Translations under genes and position numbers: made by a program
Source of the DNA: an uncultured Candidatus Rokubacteria bacterium
GTDB taxonomy: Bacteria > Methylomirabilota > Methylomirabilia > Rokubacteriales > CSP1-6
Direction of reading: 5' to 3'
Assembly (NCBI GenBank): GCA_963771355.1
Contig: CAVYTA010000006.1
Coordinates: 640,001-704,000, forward strand
DNA: 64,000 nucleotides
Notes under the pieces: generated by a model
Database searches by the model: none
The model's input: the letters and a program-made list of their open reading frames with translations, nothing else
What the model was told of the DNA's origin: nothing
Shown: positions 10,259-20,120 of the stretch, piece by piece
How positions within the stretch are numbered: position 1 is the stretch's first letter
How the letters are laid out: every line of letters starts with the position of its first letter

Positions 10259-10624
10259 ATGGACGGCGAGCGCCTCGACAAATGGCTCTGGGCGGCGCGC
10301 TTCTACAAGAGCCGCACCCTGGCCGCGGCGGCTTGCGGTGGCGGCAAGGTGGACGTGAACGAGCAGGCGGCCAAGCCCGCCCGGCTGGTGCGCCCCGGCG
10401 ATCTCCTGCACATCACCCGGCGGGACGACCGCCGCATCGTGCGGATCGTGGCCCTGACCGTGCGGCGGGGTAAAGGAGCCGACGCCGCGCTGCTGTACAC
10501 CGACCTGACCCCACCGCCCGCTCCCCGAAGCGAGCGGCTGCTCCCCGCCGTGTATCGACCGCGGGGCGCGGGACGGCCGACCAAGCGCGAGCGCCGGCTC
10601 CTGGAGCGGATCACCCGCCGGTGA
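10259..10624 (+). CDS. hslR: S4-domain ribosome-associated heat shock protein Hsp15
   Basis: RLDKWLWAARFYKSRTLA...GRPTKRERR. Confidence 0.92.
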   Translation: MDGERLDKWLWAARFYKSRTLAAAACGGGKVDVNEQAAKPARLVRPGDLLHITRRDDRRIVRIVALTVRRGKGADAALLYTDLTPPPAPRSERLLPAVYRPRGAGRPTKRERRLLERITRR

Positions 10625-12609
10625 CGGTCCCCGATCGCGCGCTCCCGCCACGGGTGTCGCTGCTCCTGTTCCTCCTCGTCGTCGCCAGCACCTTCGTCGC
10701 CTTCGTGCCCACGCTCGGGGCGGGCTTCGTCAACTGGGACGACGACGTGAACTTCATCACCAATCCGGGCTTTCGCGGCCTGGGCGCGGACAATCTCCGG
10801 TGGATGTTCACGACTCCGCTGCTCGGACACTGGATCCCCCTGACCTGGCTCACCCTGGGTGCGAACTATGCCGTGGGCGGCATGAACCCCACCGGCTATC
10901 ACCTCGTCAATGTCCTCGTGCACGCGATGGCGGCCGGCGTCTTCTTCCTCGTGGCCCGCCGGCTTCTGGGCGTGGCCTTCGGCGCCCCGGCGGGCTGGCC
11001 CGTCGCGCTGGGGGCCGCGCTCACCGCGCTCGTCTTCGGCGTGCACCCGCTCCGCGTGGAGTCGGTGGCCTGGATCACCGAGCGCCGCGACGTCCTGTGC
11101 ACGCTCTTCTATCTGCTGGCGGTGTGGGCCTACCTGCGGGGTGTCGAGGGCGGACCGGCGGGCGAGCGAGTCCTCGCGGGGCGCTGGCGGGTGCTGGCGA
11201 TCGCGGCCTTCGTCGCCTCGCTCACCTCCAAGTCCATGTCCATGACCCTGCCCGCGACGCTGGTGCTCCTCGACGTCTATCCGCTGAGGCGGCTCGGCCT
11301 GGGCTGGCGGCGGCTGGCGTGGGAGAAGCTCCCCTTCGCGCTCCTCGGCGCCGCGGCGGGCGTGGGCGCGCTCCTGTCGGTGAGTCGCGGGGCAACCTGG
11401 ACGGGCTTCGACGAGTACAGTGTCCCCGCGCGGGTGGCGATGACCGCCTATAGCTTCTGGTTCTACCCGTGGAAATTCGCCTGGCCCGCCGGGCTGTCCC
11501 CGCTCTACGAGCTGCCGGCCCGAGTGGAGCCCCTCGCCCTGCGCTTTCTTGGTCCGCTCCTGGTGGTGCCGGCGGTCACGCTGGCGCTGGTGCTCCTGCG
11601 CCGCCGGTGGCCGGCAGGACTTGCCGCGTGGACCCACTCTCTCATCGTGCTCCTGCCGGTGAGCGGCTTCGCGCACTCGGGCTATCAGCTCGCGCATGAT
11701 CGCTATAGCTATCTCTCCGGCCTCGGCCTGGCGCTGCTCGTGGGCGGTGGCCTCACCGGGACCCTCCGCATGCGCGCGGCCGGGCGCGTGGGGCGGCCCA
11801 TCACCGCGGCGCTGGTGGCCGCCACCGTCCTCGTGGTGGCAGGGCTGGGCGTCGGGACCTGGCAGCAGAGCCGAGCCTGGCACGACTCCGAGAGCCTGTG
11901 GCGCAGTGCCATCGACGCGGATCCCACCTGCATGCTCTGCTACAACAACCTCGGCCACGCCCTGCTGGCGGCGAGCCGGCATCGCGAGGGCGAGGCCCTG
12001 TTCCGCCAGGCCATCGCGTTGCGGCCGGAGCGCGCCGGGCCCTGGAACAATCTCGGCACCGCGCTGGCGCTGCAGCAGCGCTACGAAGAGGCCGAGGGGC
12101 CCTACACGCGCGCGCTGGAGCTGTCGGGGGGGCGGCTCCGCGACGCGGTGGCCAATCTCGGCCGGCTCCGCGTCGTGCAGGGGCGCTATGTCGAGGCCAT
12201 TCCGCTGCTCCGTCGCGCCAATGCGCTGAAGCCCGGCAATCCCGAGGTGGTGGAGAGCTTCCGCCTCGCGCTGAAGAATCAGGGGTACGCGCTCGCCTCC
12301 GCCGGACGACCCGCCGACGCCGAGACGCTGTTCCGGGAGGGGCTCGACCTCCTGGGTGACGACGCGGACCTCTTCCTCAACCTCGGCCGCTCCCGGCTCG
12401 ACCAGAGCCGCCCGGCCGACGCGGTGGGTCCGCTCGAGCGCGCGGTGCAGATGAAGCCGCGCAATCCGCACGCGCGGATGTGGCTGGCGCGCGCCTACGC
12501 GCGGGCGGGCGCGCCGGATCGGGCGGGGGCCGAGCTGGAAGCCTTGGCCTCCCTGGATGCCACGCTCGCCGATCGGGTGAAGGCCGAGCTCGGCGTGCGC
12601 GGCCGGTAG
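10621..12609 (+). CDS. TMTC-like membrane glycosyltransferase with C-terminal TPRs
   Basis: FVNWDD, YHLVNVLVH, HPLRVESVAWITERRDVL, DRYSYL, then TPR repeats. Confidence 0.8.
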   Translation: MTVPDRALPPRVSLLLFLLVVASTFVAFVPTLGAGFVNWDDDVNFITNPGFRGLGADNLRWMFTTPLLGHWIPLTWLTLGANYAVGGMNPTGYHLVNVLVHAMAAGVFFLVARRLLGVAFGAPAGWPVALGAALTALVFGVHPLRVESVAWITERRDVLCTLFYLLAVWAYLRGVEGGPAGERVLAGRWRVLAIAAFVASLTSKSMSMTLPATLVLLDVYPLRRLGLGWRRLAWEKLPFALLGAAAGVGALLSVSRGATWTGFDEYSVPARVAMTAYSFWFYPWKFAWPAGLSPLYELPARVEPLALRFLGPLLVVPAVTLALVLLRRRWPAGLAAWTHSLIVLLPVSGFAHSGYQLAHDRYSYLSGLGLALLVGGGLTGTLRMRAAGRVGRPITAALVAATVLVVAGLGVGTWQQSRAWHDSESLWRSAIDADPTCMLCYNNLGHALLAASRHREGEALFRQAIALRPERAGPWNNLGTALALQQRYEEAEGPYTRALELSGGRLRDAVANLGRLRVVQGRYVEAIPLLRRANALKPGNPEVVESFRLALKNQGYALASAGRPADAETLFREGLDLLGDDADLFLNLGRSRLDQSRPADAVGPLERAVQMKPRNPHARMWLARAYARAGAPDRAGAELEALASLDATLADRVKAELGVRGR

Positions 12610-12654
12610 GCGGCGCGCTTGCGCTGTCCCACCGACTTTGCTACGGTCGGGGGC

Positions 12655-12840
12655 GAACACGGAGTTCGGGGCGCCCGCGCGGACGCGGGCCCACCGGGAA
12701 GGCGGTGCGAATCCGCCGCGACCCCGTCACTGTAATCGGGGACGAAACCCACGGTAGAGCCACTGGCCGCGACCGCCGCGGCCGGGAAGGCGTGGGGAGT
12801 AGGACGATCCGAGAGCCAGGAGACCGACCCGGACTCCCGT
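12655..12840 (+). promoter_or_regulatory. Cobalamin riboswitch upstream of cobU
   Basis: GGGAAggcGGTGcgAATCC...CCCcgtcACTGTAA...GCCACTG...GGGAAGG...AGCCAGGAGAC; P1 ggagttcgg/ccggactcc. Confidence 0.92.
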
Positions 12841-12876
12841 CGTACCTGTACCGGTCTTCGAGGGAGGGTCCGGGCC

Positions 12877-13464
12877 ACGCCTCGCTTTCTCTCCCACCTG
12901 ATCCTCGGTGGGGCGCGTAGCGGCAAGAGCCGGTACGCCCTCGACCTGTCCCGTGCGTTCAGCGGCCCCGTCGCCTTCGTGGCCACCGCGGAGGCACGGG
13001 ACGAAGACATGACGGCCCGCATCGCGCGACACCGCGCGGAGCGGCCCGCCGGCTGGCAGACCATCGAGGAGCCGCTCGACCTCGTCGACGCATGCCGAAA
13101 GGCGGCGGGGCGCGCGACGCTCGTGCTCGTCGATTGCCTGACCCTCTGGATCGCCAATCGTCTGCTGGCCGGCCATACCGACGGGGCCATGCTCGGGGGC
13201 GCCCGCGACCTTGCCGACTGGCTGAGCGAGGGACCCGCCGGGGTCCTGCTCGTCTCCAACGAGGTCGGCGCCGGTGTGGTGCCCTCCACCGCGGACGGCG
13301 GGCGTTTCCGGGACCTCCTCGGCCAGGTGAACCAGATCGTCGCGGCGCGTGCCGACCGTGTGACGCTCATGGTGGCCGGCATTCCCACCGTCATCAAGGC
13401 CGAGGCCGCCCTCACCCCCGAGCCCCTTGGAGTCACGCGTGCCGAGCATCCTCACGCGCCTTGA
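12877..13464 (+). CDS. cobU: Adenosylcobinamide kinase/phosphate guanylyltransferase (apparent ACG start)
   Basis: In-frame LILGGARSGKS P-loop lies upstream of the ORF-track start; RIARHRAERP, LVDCLTLW, VSNEVG.G. Confidence 0.92.
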   Translation, partial: TPRFLSHLILGGARSGKSRYALDLSRAFSGPVAFVATAEARDEDMTARIARHRAERPAGWQTIEEPLDLVDACRKAAGRATLVLVDCLTLWIANRLLAGHTDGAMLGGARDLADWLSEGPAGVLLVSNEVGAGVVPSTADGGRFRDLLGQVNQIVAARADRVTLMVAGIPTVIKAEAALTPEPLGVTRAEHPHAP

Positions 13465-14494
13465 CGCGATCGTGCCGCCCGACGGGGAGATGGGCGTCCT
13501 CGCCCAGCGCCGCCTGGATCAGCTCACCAAGCCTCCGGGAAGCCTGGGGCGGCTCGAGGAGCTCGCCCGCGATCTCTGCCTCATGACGGGGCAGTGCCCG
13601 CCCCCGGTGCGCCACGCGGTCATCTTCACTCTGGCGGGCGACCACGGCGTGGTCGCCGAGGGCGTCAGCGCATATCCGCAAGTGGTTACGGCCCAGATGG
13701 TCGAGAACTTTCTCAACGGCGGCGCCGCCGTCAATGTGCTCGCCCGGCACGTGGGGGCCCGGGTGGTGGTGGCCGACTTCGGTATCGCCGGGCCCGTGAT
13801 GGATCGGCCCGGGCTGCAGCAGCGGCGCGTCGCCTCCGGTACCGCCAATCTCGCCCGCGGACCCGCGCTCACCCGCGGCCAGGCGCTCGCGGCCCTCGAG
13901 GCCGGGGCGGCCCTGGTCGACGATGAGCGGCCGCGCGGGCTGGATCTCATCGGCACCGGCGAGATGGGAATCGGCAACACAACGGCGGCCAGCGCGGTGA
14001 CGGCCGCCATCACCGGGCTGGCCGCCGAGGTGGTGACCGGCCGCGGCACCGGGGTGGACGACGCGACCTGGCGGCGGAAGGCCGACGTGGTGGCGCGCGG
14101 CCTGGACGTCAATCGGCCCGATGCCGACGACGGCCTGGACGTGCTCATCAAGGTCGGGGGGCTCGAGATCGCGGGCCTGGTGGGGGTCATCCTGGCCGGG
14201 GCGGCCCGGCGGATCCCGGTCGTCCTCGACGGCTTCATCGCGGGGGCGGCGGCCCTGGCGGCGGTCGCGCTGAAGCCCGAGGCCCGGCACTATCTCATCG
14301 CCGCCCATCGATCGGTGGAGCCCGGGCACCGCCATGTGCTGGCGGCGCTGGGACTCACGCCGTATCTGGACCTCGGCATGCGGCTGGGCGAGGGGACGGG
14401 GGCGGCGCTGGGCATCGGGCTCGCCCGCGCGGCGGCGGCCCTTCTCTCCGAGATGGCGACCTTCAAGTCCGCCGGCGTCTCCGACCGCTCATGA
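13427..14494 (+). CDS. cobT: Nicotinate-nucleotide-dimethylbenzimidazole phosphoribosyltransferase
   Basis: LTKPPGSLGRLE, DHGV, GEMGIGNTT, RLGEGTGA. Confidence 0.96.
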   Translation: MESRVPSILTRLDAIVPPDGEMGVLAQRRLDQLTKPPGSLGRLEELARDLCLMTGQCPPPVRHAVIFTLAGDHGVVAEGVSAYPQVVTAQMVENFLNGGAAVNVLARHVGARVVVADFGIAGPVMDRPGLQQRRVASGTANLARGPALTRGQALAALEAGAALVDDERPRGLDLIGTGEMGIGNTTAASAVTAAITGLAAEVVTGRGTGVDDATWRRKADVVARGLDVNRPDADDGLDVLIKVGGLEIAGLVGVILAGAARRIPVVLDGFIAGAAALAAVALKPEARHYLIAAHRSVEPGHRHVLAALGLTPYLDLGMRLGEGTGAALGIGLARAAAALLSEMATFKSAGVSDRS

Positions 14495-15390
14495 GTCGCC
14501 TGGCCGGGATGGTCGCGCTCGCGATGCTCGCGCTGGCGCCGGCGGCGACGGTCGCGGCGCTCACGGTGACCGACCAGACCGGACGCACGGTGACCCTCGC
14601 CGCGGCGCCGCGGCGCATCGTCTCCCTGGTTCCCGGCGTGACCGAGATGCTGTTCGTGATCGGGGCCGAGGAGCGGCTGATCGGCGTCACGGACTTCTGC
14701 GACTTTCCGGCGGCGGCGCGCCGGAAACACCGGGTGGGCAGCATGCTCGCGCCCAGCCTCGAGACGGTGGTGGCGCTCCAGCCGGATCTCGTGGTAGCCA
14801 CGGATTCCGGCAACAGCGACGAGACGCGCGTACAGCTCGAGCGCCTCCGGCTCCCGGTGTATCTGGTCAGTCCCCGGGGGATCGCCGACGTGTTCCGCAC
14901 CATGGAGCAGCTCGGCGCGCTGACCGGACAGAGCGCGCGCGCCGCCGAGGCGGTGGCCGGCCTGCAGCGCCGAGTGCGGGCGGTGGTGGAGCGCGTGGCC
15001 ACGCGGCCGCGGCCGCGGGTCCTCTACGTGGTCTGGCCCGAGCCCCTGATCGTGCCCGGGCGCGGCGCCGCGGTCTCCGAGCTGATCGAGCTCGCCGGGG
15101 GCGCGTCGGTGACCGCGGACGCCGCCGAGGGGTACCCGCGCTGGAGCGTGGAGGCGGCGGTGGCCGGGGCGCCCCAGGTGATCGTGCTGGCACGGCACGG
15201 CGCGGGAATCGGCCCCGTGTCACGCGACAAATGGGAGCGCTTCGCCGGGCTCCCCGCCATCCGGACGGGACGCATCCACAACGTGGACGGCGATCTCTTC
15301 CACCGGTTCGGGCCTCGCGTGGTGGACGCGCTCGAGATTCTCGCCCGGCTCGTGCATCCCGAGGCCTTCGCCGAGCGAGGGCGCCGGTGA
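14491..15390 (+). CDS. btuF: Cobalamin ABC transporter periplasmic binding protein
   Basis: Signal peptide, RRIVSLVP..TE.LF..GA, PDLV; operon context. Confidence 0.88.
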   Translation: MSRLAGMVALAMLALAPAATVAALTVTDQTGRTVTLAAAPRRIVSLVPGVTEMLFVIGAEERLIGVTDFCDFPAAARRKHRVGSMLAPSLETVVALQPDLVVATDSGNSDETRVQLERLRLPVYLVSPRGIADVFRTMEQLGALTGQSARAAEAVAGLQRRVRAVVERVATRPRPRVLYVVWPEPLIVPGRGAAVSELIELAGGASVTADAAEGYPRWSVEAAVAGAPQVIVLARHGAGIGPVSRDKWERFAGLPAIRTGRIHNVDGDLFHRFGPRVVDALEILARLVHPEAFAERGRR

Positions 15391-16406
15391 GCCCCGGCGC
15401 TCGCCTCGCCGTGGTGGTCGCCGGAATGGGCTGCGTGCTCGTGGCCGCCGCGCTGGGCGCGCTCTTCGTGGGGAGCGCCGGGGTCTCGCCCGGCTCGGTG
15501 GTGGCCGTGCTGCTCGGGCGCGAGCTGCCCGAGCCGGTCGCGCGCGTGGTGGTGCTGGATCTGCGCTTGCCGCGCATCGCGGTGGCGGTGCTCGCCGGCG
15601 GCGCTCTCGCGGTGGCGGGCGCGAGTCTCCAGGCGTTGACGCGAAATCCGCTCGCCGAGCCCTCGGTGCTCGGGGTCTCGAGCGGGGCGGCCTTCGGGGT
15701 GGTGACGGGCCAGCTCTTCGGGCTCGGCTCCAGCATGCTGGACTCGCTCGGCCTCACCGTCTTCGCCTTCGCGGGCGCCTTCGTGGCCGGCGGCGCCGTC
15801 TACCTCATCGCGGCGCGCGCGGGCGGGTTGCCCGTCCACTCCCTCCTGCTGGCGGGGGTCATCGTGGGCATCTTCTTCTCGTCCGCGATCACGGTGCTGA
15901 TCTCGCTGGTGGACACCAACCGGCTGGGCGGGATCATCCAGTGGCTGCTGGGCAATGTCGTGCCGGTGGCGCCGGGGGCCCTGGCCGTCTTCGCCCTGGT
16001 CGCGGTGGCCGGATTCGCGCTGATCCTCGCCGATGCGCGCCGGCTCAACCTCCTCGCCCTGGGGGAGGACGCCGCGCGAGAGCTGGGAGTGGATGCGCTG
16101 GCGGTGAAGCGCCGGATCTTCGCGGGGGCGGCCCTGCTCGTCTCCGCGGTGGTGGCCTTCGCGGGGCCCATCGGCTTCGTGGGGCTGATCGTGCCGCATG
16201 CGGCGCGGATGCTGCTGGGCCCGGACAACCGGTTGCTGCTTCCCGCCGCCGCGATGGGGGGCGGCCTCTTCCTGCTGGTCGCCGACACTCTGGCTCGGAA
16301 TGTGGTGGCGCCCGCGGAGCTGTCCGTCGGCGTCCTGACCTCGTTCTGCGGCGCGCCGTTCTTCGTCTACCTGCTGCGAACCCGCACCACGCTGGCCGAG
16401 CCATGA
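15387..16406 (+). CDS. btuC: Cobalamin ABC transporter permease (FecCD family)
   Basis: RLPR, RNPLAEP.VLGVSSGA, GEDAARELG, GPIGFVGLIVPH. Confidence 0.92.
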   Translation: MSPGARLAVVVAGMGCVLVAAALGALFVGSAGVSPGSVVAVLLGRELPEPVARVVVLDLRLPRIAVAVLAGGALAVAGASLQALTRNPLAEPSVLGVSSGAAFGVVTGQLFGLGSSMLDSLGLTVFAFAGAFVAGGAVYLIAARAGGLPVHSLLLAGVIVGIFFSSAITVLISLVDTNRLGGIIQWLLGNVVPVAPGALAVFALVAVAGFALILADARRLNLLALGEDAARELGVDALAVKRRIFAGAALLVSAVVAFAGPIGFVGLIVPHAARMLLGPDNRLLLPAAAMGGGLFLLVADTLARNVVAPAELSVGVLTSFCGAPFFVYLLRTRTTLAEP

Positions 16407-17236
16407 GCACCGTGGCCGAGCTCCGGGCGGTGGGCTTCGAGTATCCCGGGGCCCGGGTGGCCGCGCGCGCGCGGGATCCCTTCTCGCTGTCCGAGGTATC
16501 CCTGGCGGTGGGGCCCGGCGAGATCGTGGGGGTGATCGGCCCCAATGCCTCGGGCAAGACCACCCTGATCCGGCTGCTCTCCGGGCTGCTGCGGCCCACG
16601 CGCGGCGAGATCCTGCTCGAGGGCCAGCCGCTGGCCCGGCTGACGCGGGCGGCGGTGGCCACGCGGGTGGGGGTGGTGCCGCAGGACGTGCCGCGCGACT
16701 TTCCCTACACGGTGGAGCAGCTGGTTCTCATGGGGCGGTTTCCGCACGCCCCCGGCCGGTTCTTCGAGAGCGCCGTCGACCGGCGCATTGCCGCCGAAGC
16801 CATGGCGCTGGTCGGGGTGCGCGCCCTGGCCGCCGAGCGCTGCGACCGGCTCTCCGGCGGCGAGCGACAGCGCGTCATGCTGGCGCGGGCGCTGGCGCAG
16901 GAGCCGCGGCTGCTCGTGCTCGACGAGCCGACCGCCCATCTCGACCTGCGCTACCAGGTCGAGTGCGTCGGGCTGCTCCGCCGGCTCAACGCGGAGCGGG
17001 GACTTTCCGTGGTCGTGGTCTCGCACGACCTCGATCTCGCCGGGCATCTGTGCCACCGCCTGCTCCTCTTGTCCGAGGGCCGGGCGGTGCGGCAGGGCCC
17101 TCCGGACGTGGTCCTGGAACCGGCGGCGCTCGAGGCCGCGTATCAGTGTCCGGTCACCGTCGAGCGGCATCCCGTCACCGGACGCCCGAGCGTCCACGTC
17201 GTCTGGCCGGATCCGGCGACGACGAGGGGGAGGTGA
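16403..17236 (+). CDS. btuD: Cobalamin ABC transporter ATPase
   Basis: GPNASGKT, LSGGERQR, LDEPTAHLD. Confidence 0.9.
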   Translation: MSTVAELRAVGFEYPGARVAARARDPFSLSEVSLAVGPGEIVGVIGPNASGKTTLIRLLSGLLRPTRGEILLEGQPLARLTRAAVATRVGVVPQDVPRDFPYTVEQLVLMGRFPHAPGRFFESAVDRRIAAEAMALVGVRALAAERCDRLSGGERQRVMLARALAQEPRLLVLDEPTAHLDLRYQVECVGLLRRLNAERGLSVVVVSHDLDLAGHLCHRLLLLSEGRAVRQGPPDVVLEPAALEAAYQCPVTVERHPVTGRPSVHVVWPDPATTRGR

Positions 17237-17244
17237 GGCCCGGC

Positions 17245-17456
17245 CCGCGATCCACGCGTTGAGGCAGCGCCCCGGTCCAAGGGAAGTCGGTGGAGGCTCG
17301 CCCGGCGAGCCGAATCCGACACGGTCCCGCCACTGTGAGTGGGGAGCCAGGGTCCACGCCCGCGACGGCATGCCCGCGCGGAAGCCACTGGGAGCGATCC
17401 CGGGAAGGCCGGACCCTCGAGCGACGATCCACGAGTCAGGAGACCTGCCCCGGGGC
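17245..17456 (+). promoter_or_regulatory. Second cobalamin riboswitch upstream of btuB
   Basis: AAGGGAAgtcGGTG...AATCCgac...CCCGCCACTGTGA...GCCACTGG...GGGAAGGC...GAGTCAGGAGACCTGCC. Confidence 0.92.
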
Positions 17457-17491
17457 ATGAGCACCTCCCTTTCGAGGCAAGAGGAGCGGTC

Positions 17492-19453
17492 ATGCGATTC
17501 CATTTCGATTGGAGACAGTGGGCGGTGGGGCTCGGCATCGCGACGGCACTGGTCGCCGCGCCGGTGATAGCAGGGTGGGCACAGGACACCGCGCCTAAGC
17601 CCGCCGGCGAGGACACCGCGCCGGCCGGAGTCGCTCCGGTGCAGCGAACCAGCGACCCGGTCGTCATCACCGCGAACAAAGTGGACACGCCCGTGAGCCA
17701 GACCGGCGTCGCCATCACGGTGATCACCGAGGACGACTTCAAGACCTATCACTACCAGTCCGTCGGGGACGCGCTCCGCAACGTCCCCGGCGTCGAGATC
17801 CATCGCTCGGGTAGCCTCGGCAAGACCACCAGCATCAGCATCCGCGGCGCCTCTGCCAACCAGGTACAGGTGCTGATCGACGGCGTGCGAGTGAAGAGCC
17901 CCACCCTGGGACAGGCCGAGCTCGCCGACATCTCCCCGGATCTCATCGAGCGCATCGAGGTTGTCCGCGGGCCCCAGTCCACGCTGTACGGCGCCGACGC
18001 GATCGGGGGGGTGGTGAACATCATCACCAAGAAAGGGCGGGGGACGCCGTTCAGCGCCACAGTCGAGGAGCAGGTGGGGAACTACGGCACCTGGATCAAC
18101 CGGCTGAGTGCGTCCGGGCAGTGGAAGATCCTCGACTATTCCATCGCGGGCTCCTATGCCGAGAGCGACGGCCAGTTCGAGCCCCACGACAACTCCGACC
18201 AGAAGGCGCTGAGCGGGCGCATCGGCCTCACCCTGCCCTTCAACAGCACGCTGGCCTTCATCGGCCGCTGGAACAAGACCGACACCGACCTGCCGGTCAA
18301 GTTTGTCTGCTGCGGCCCGCTGCCCGTGAAACCCGTCATCGACGTGAACCAGCAGCAGCAGTCGGAGACGCTCACCCTCACCCTCGAGGGGCGCACCCGG
18401 CCGGTGGAGTGGTGGGAGAGCCGGGGCCGGATCTCCTACTTCGAGAACAGCCAGGGGTTCCAGGATCCGGTGGACCCGGGTTTCGACTTCGACTTCCCCT
18501 CCTTCGCGCAGATCAACGTCCAGCGGCGCGAGGCGGAGTGGATCAACGCCTTCCACATCGGCAAGTGGAGCACGAGCACGGTGGGCCTCGAGTACATCCA
18601 CGAGGAGGGGGAGAACAAGGGCACGTTCAAGAGCCGCACCCACACCCAGTCCGTCTTCTTCGAGCAACAGCTGCGGTTCTTCGAGCGGCTCTTCATCACG
18701 GGAGGCGTTCGGGTGGACGACCACAGCGTCTTCGGCACCCAGGTCACCGAGCGCGGGTCGGTGGCGTTCATGATCAAGGAGACGGGCACGCGCCTTCGCG
18801 GCGGCGCCGGCACCGGCTTCCGGGCCCCCACCCTCAACGATCTCTTCTTCCCCACCTTCTCCAGCCCGGACCTCAAGCCGGAGAAGAGCTTCTCGTGGGA
18901 CGCCGGGCTCGACCAGACCTTCTGGGGTGAGCGCATCCGGATCGGGCTCACGTACTTCTACAACAAGTTCGAGGACCTCATCCGCTTCGTGCCGATCACC
19001 GTCTTCCCCTTCGTGGCGGCGGTCAACGTGGCCCGCGCGCGCACCGAGGGCATCGAGGCCACCGGCGAGATCGACATCCTGCGTAATCTCGTGGGTTCGG
19101 TCAACTACACGTACACCGACAGCGAAGATCTCGGGACCGGCCGCTGGCTGGCCCGGGAGCCCCAGCATCGCTGGAACATCGGCCTGACCTGGGAGCCCAT
19201 CCGCCGGCTCTCGCTCTTCACCCAGGTCCACGTGGTCACGCGCCAGTTCGAGTCGGAGCAGGCCGGGTACAACAGCGGGCACACGCGCGTGGACATCGGC
19301 GGAACGTTCCGGGCCCTCGACAAGTACGGCTGGCTGCAGTCGCTGGACCTCACCCTCCGGGTGAACAACCTCCTCAACGAGGACTATGCCGAGGTGCGCG
19401 GCTTCCCCGCGCTCGGCACCGCCTTCCTCTTCGGGGCGCGGGCGGCGTTCTGA
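17492..19453 (+). CDS. btuB: TonB-dependent cobalamin receptor
   Basis: SD gaggag; signal peptide, TonB box PVVITA, plug IERIEVVRGPQSTLYGADAIGGVVNIIT, C-terminal F; riboswitch-led. Confidence 0.9.
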   Translation: MRFHFDWRQWAVGLGIATALVAAPVIAGWAQDTAPKPAGEDTAPAGVAPVQRTSDPVVITANKVDTPVSQTGVAITVITEDDFKTYHYQSVGDALRNVPGVEIHRSGSLGKTTSISIRGASANQVQVLIDGVRVKSPTLGQAELADISPDLIERIEVVRGPQSTLYGADAIGGVVNIITKKGRGTPFSATVEEQVGNYGTWINRLSASGQWKILDYSIAGSYAESDGQFEPHDNSDQKALSGRIGLTLPFNSTLAFIGRWNKTDTDLPVKFVCCGPLPVKPVIDVNQQQQSETLTLTLEGRTRPVEWWESRGRISYFENSQGFQDPVDPGFDFDFPSFAQINVQRREAEWINAFHIGKWSTSTVGLEYIHEEGENKGTFKSRTHTQSVFFEQQLRFFERLFITGGVRVDDHSVFGTQVTERGSVAFMIKETGTRLRGGAGTGFRAPTLNDLFFPTFSSPDLKPEKSFSWDAGLDQTFWGERIRIGLTYFYNKFEDLIRFVPITVFPFVAAVNVARARTEGIEATGEIDILRNLVGSVNYTYTDSEDLGTGRWLAREPQHRWNIGLTWEPIRRLSLFTQVHVVTRQFESEQAGYNSGHTRVDIGGTFRALDKYGWLQSLDLTLRVNNLLNEDYAEVRGFPALGTAFLFGARAAF

Positions 19454-19466
19454 GGCGCTCGAGCCG

Positions 19467-20120
19467 ATGATTGCGGGCCTCCACGTCGAGAGCGGTCCCG
19501 AGGCGGTGGTGGTGGCGGCCGACCGGCCGCTGCGCACGCTGTCCTCGGCCGTTCTGCGTGGAGGCCTGGCCGAAGCCCGGGCCATCGTGAACGTGCACGT
19601 GGAGCGGGGGGACTGCGGCGAGGACCCAGACGGAATCCTCGAGGCGTACGCCCGGCGCCGGGGCCTCGCCGCACCCTATGTGGGGCTTCTGACCGGAGCG
19701 CGCACCCAGGACGCGACCATCGGGGAGGAAGCGGCCGAGGGATTTCATGCGCTCGTCATCGTCACCGTTGGGCTCAGCAACCGCATGGCGGCGGGCCGGG
19801 CCCCCATCGCGCGCTGGACCCCGTCGACCATCAACACGATTGTCCTCGTGGAGGGCGATCCGGAGCCGGCGGCGCTCGTGAATCTCGCCCTCACCGTCAC
19901 CGAGGTGAAGGTGCTGGCCTTGATCGAGGCCGGCATCATGGACGCCGACGGCATGGCCGTCACCGGCACCTCCACGGATGCCGTCGTGGTGGCGGCGACG
20001 GGGCGGGGACCGAGGGCGCGCTTCGGCGGCCCCGTGAGCGCACTGGGCTGGACCGTCGCGCGGGCCACGCGCCGCGCGCTCGACGACGGACTCCGGGGCT
20101 GGCGGGAGCGCAACCCGTGA
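19467..20120 (+). CDS. cbiZ: Adenosylcobinamide amidohydrolase
   Basis: LSSAVLRGG, GLLTGA, TVGLSN, TINTIV, TGTSTDAV. Confidence 0.88.
   Translation: MIAGLHVESGPEAVVVAADRPLRTLSSAVLRGGLAEARAIVNVHVERGDCGEDPDGILEAYARRRGLAAPYVGLLTGARTQDATIGEEAAEGFHALVIVTVGLSNRMAAGRAPIARWTPSTINTIVLVEGDPEPAALVNLALTVTEVKVLALIEAGIMDADGMAVTGTSTDAVVVAATGRGPRARFGGPVSALGWTVARATRRALDDGLRGWRERNP

Noticed and set aside
3958..19585. Very long antisense or alternative-frame ORFs (e.g. 3958-6333, 10303-12660, 16367-19585)
   Set aside because: Shadows of well-supported genes in high-GC DNA; no family motifs.
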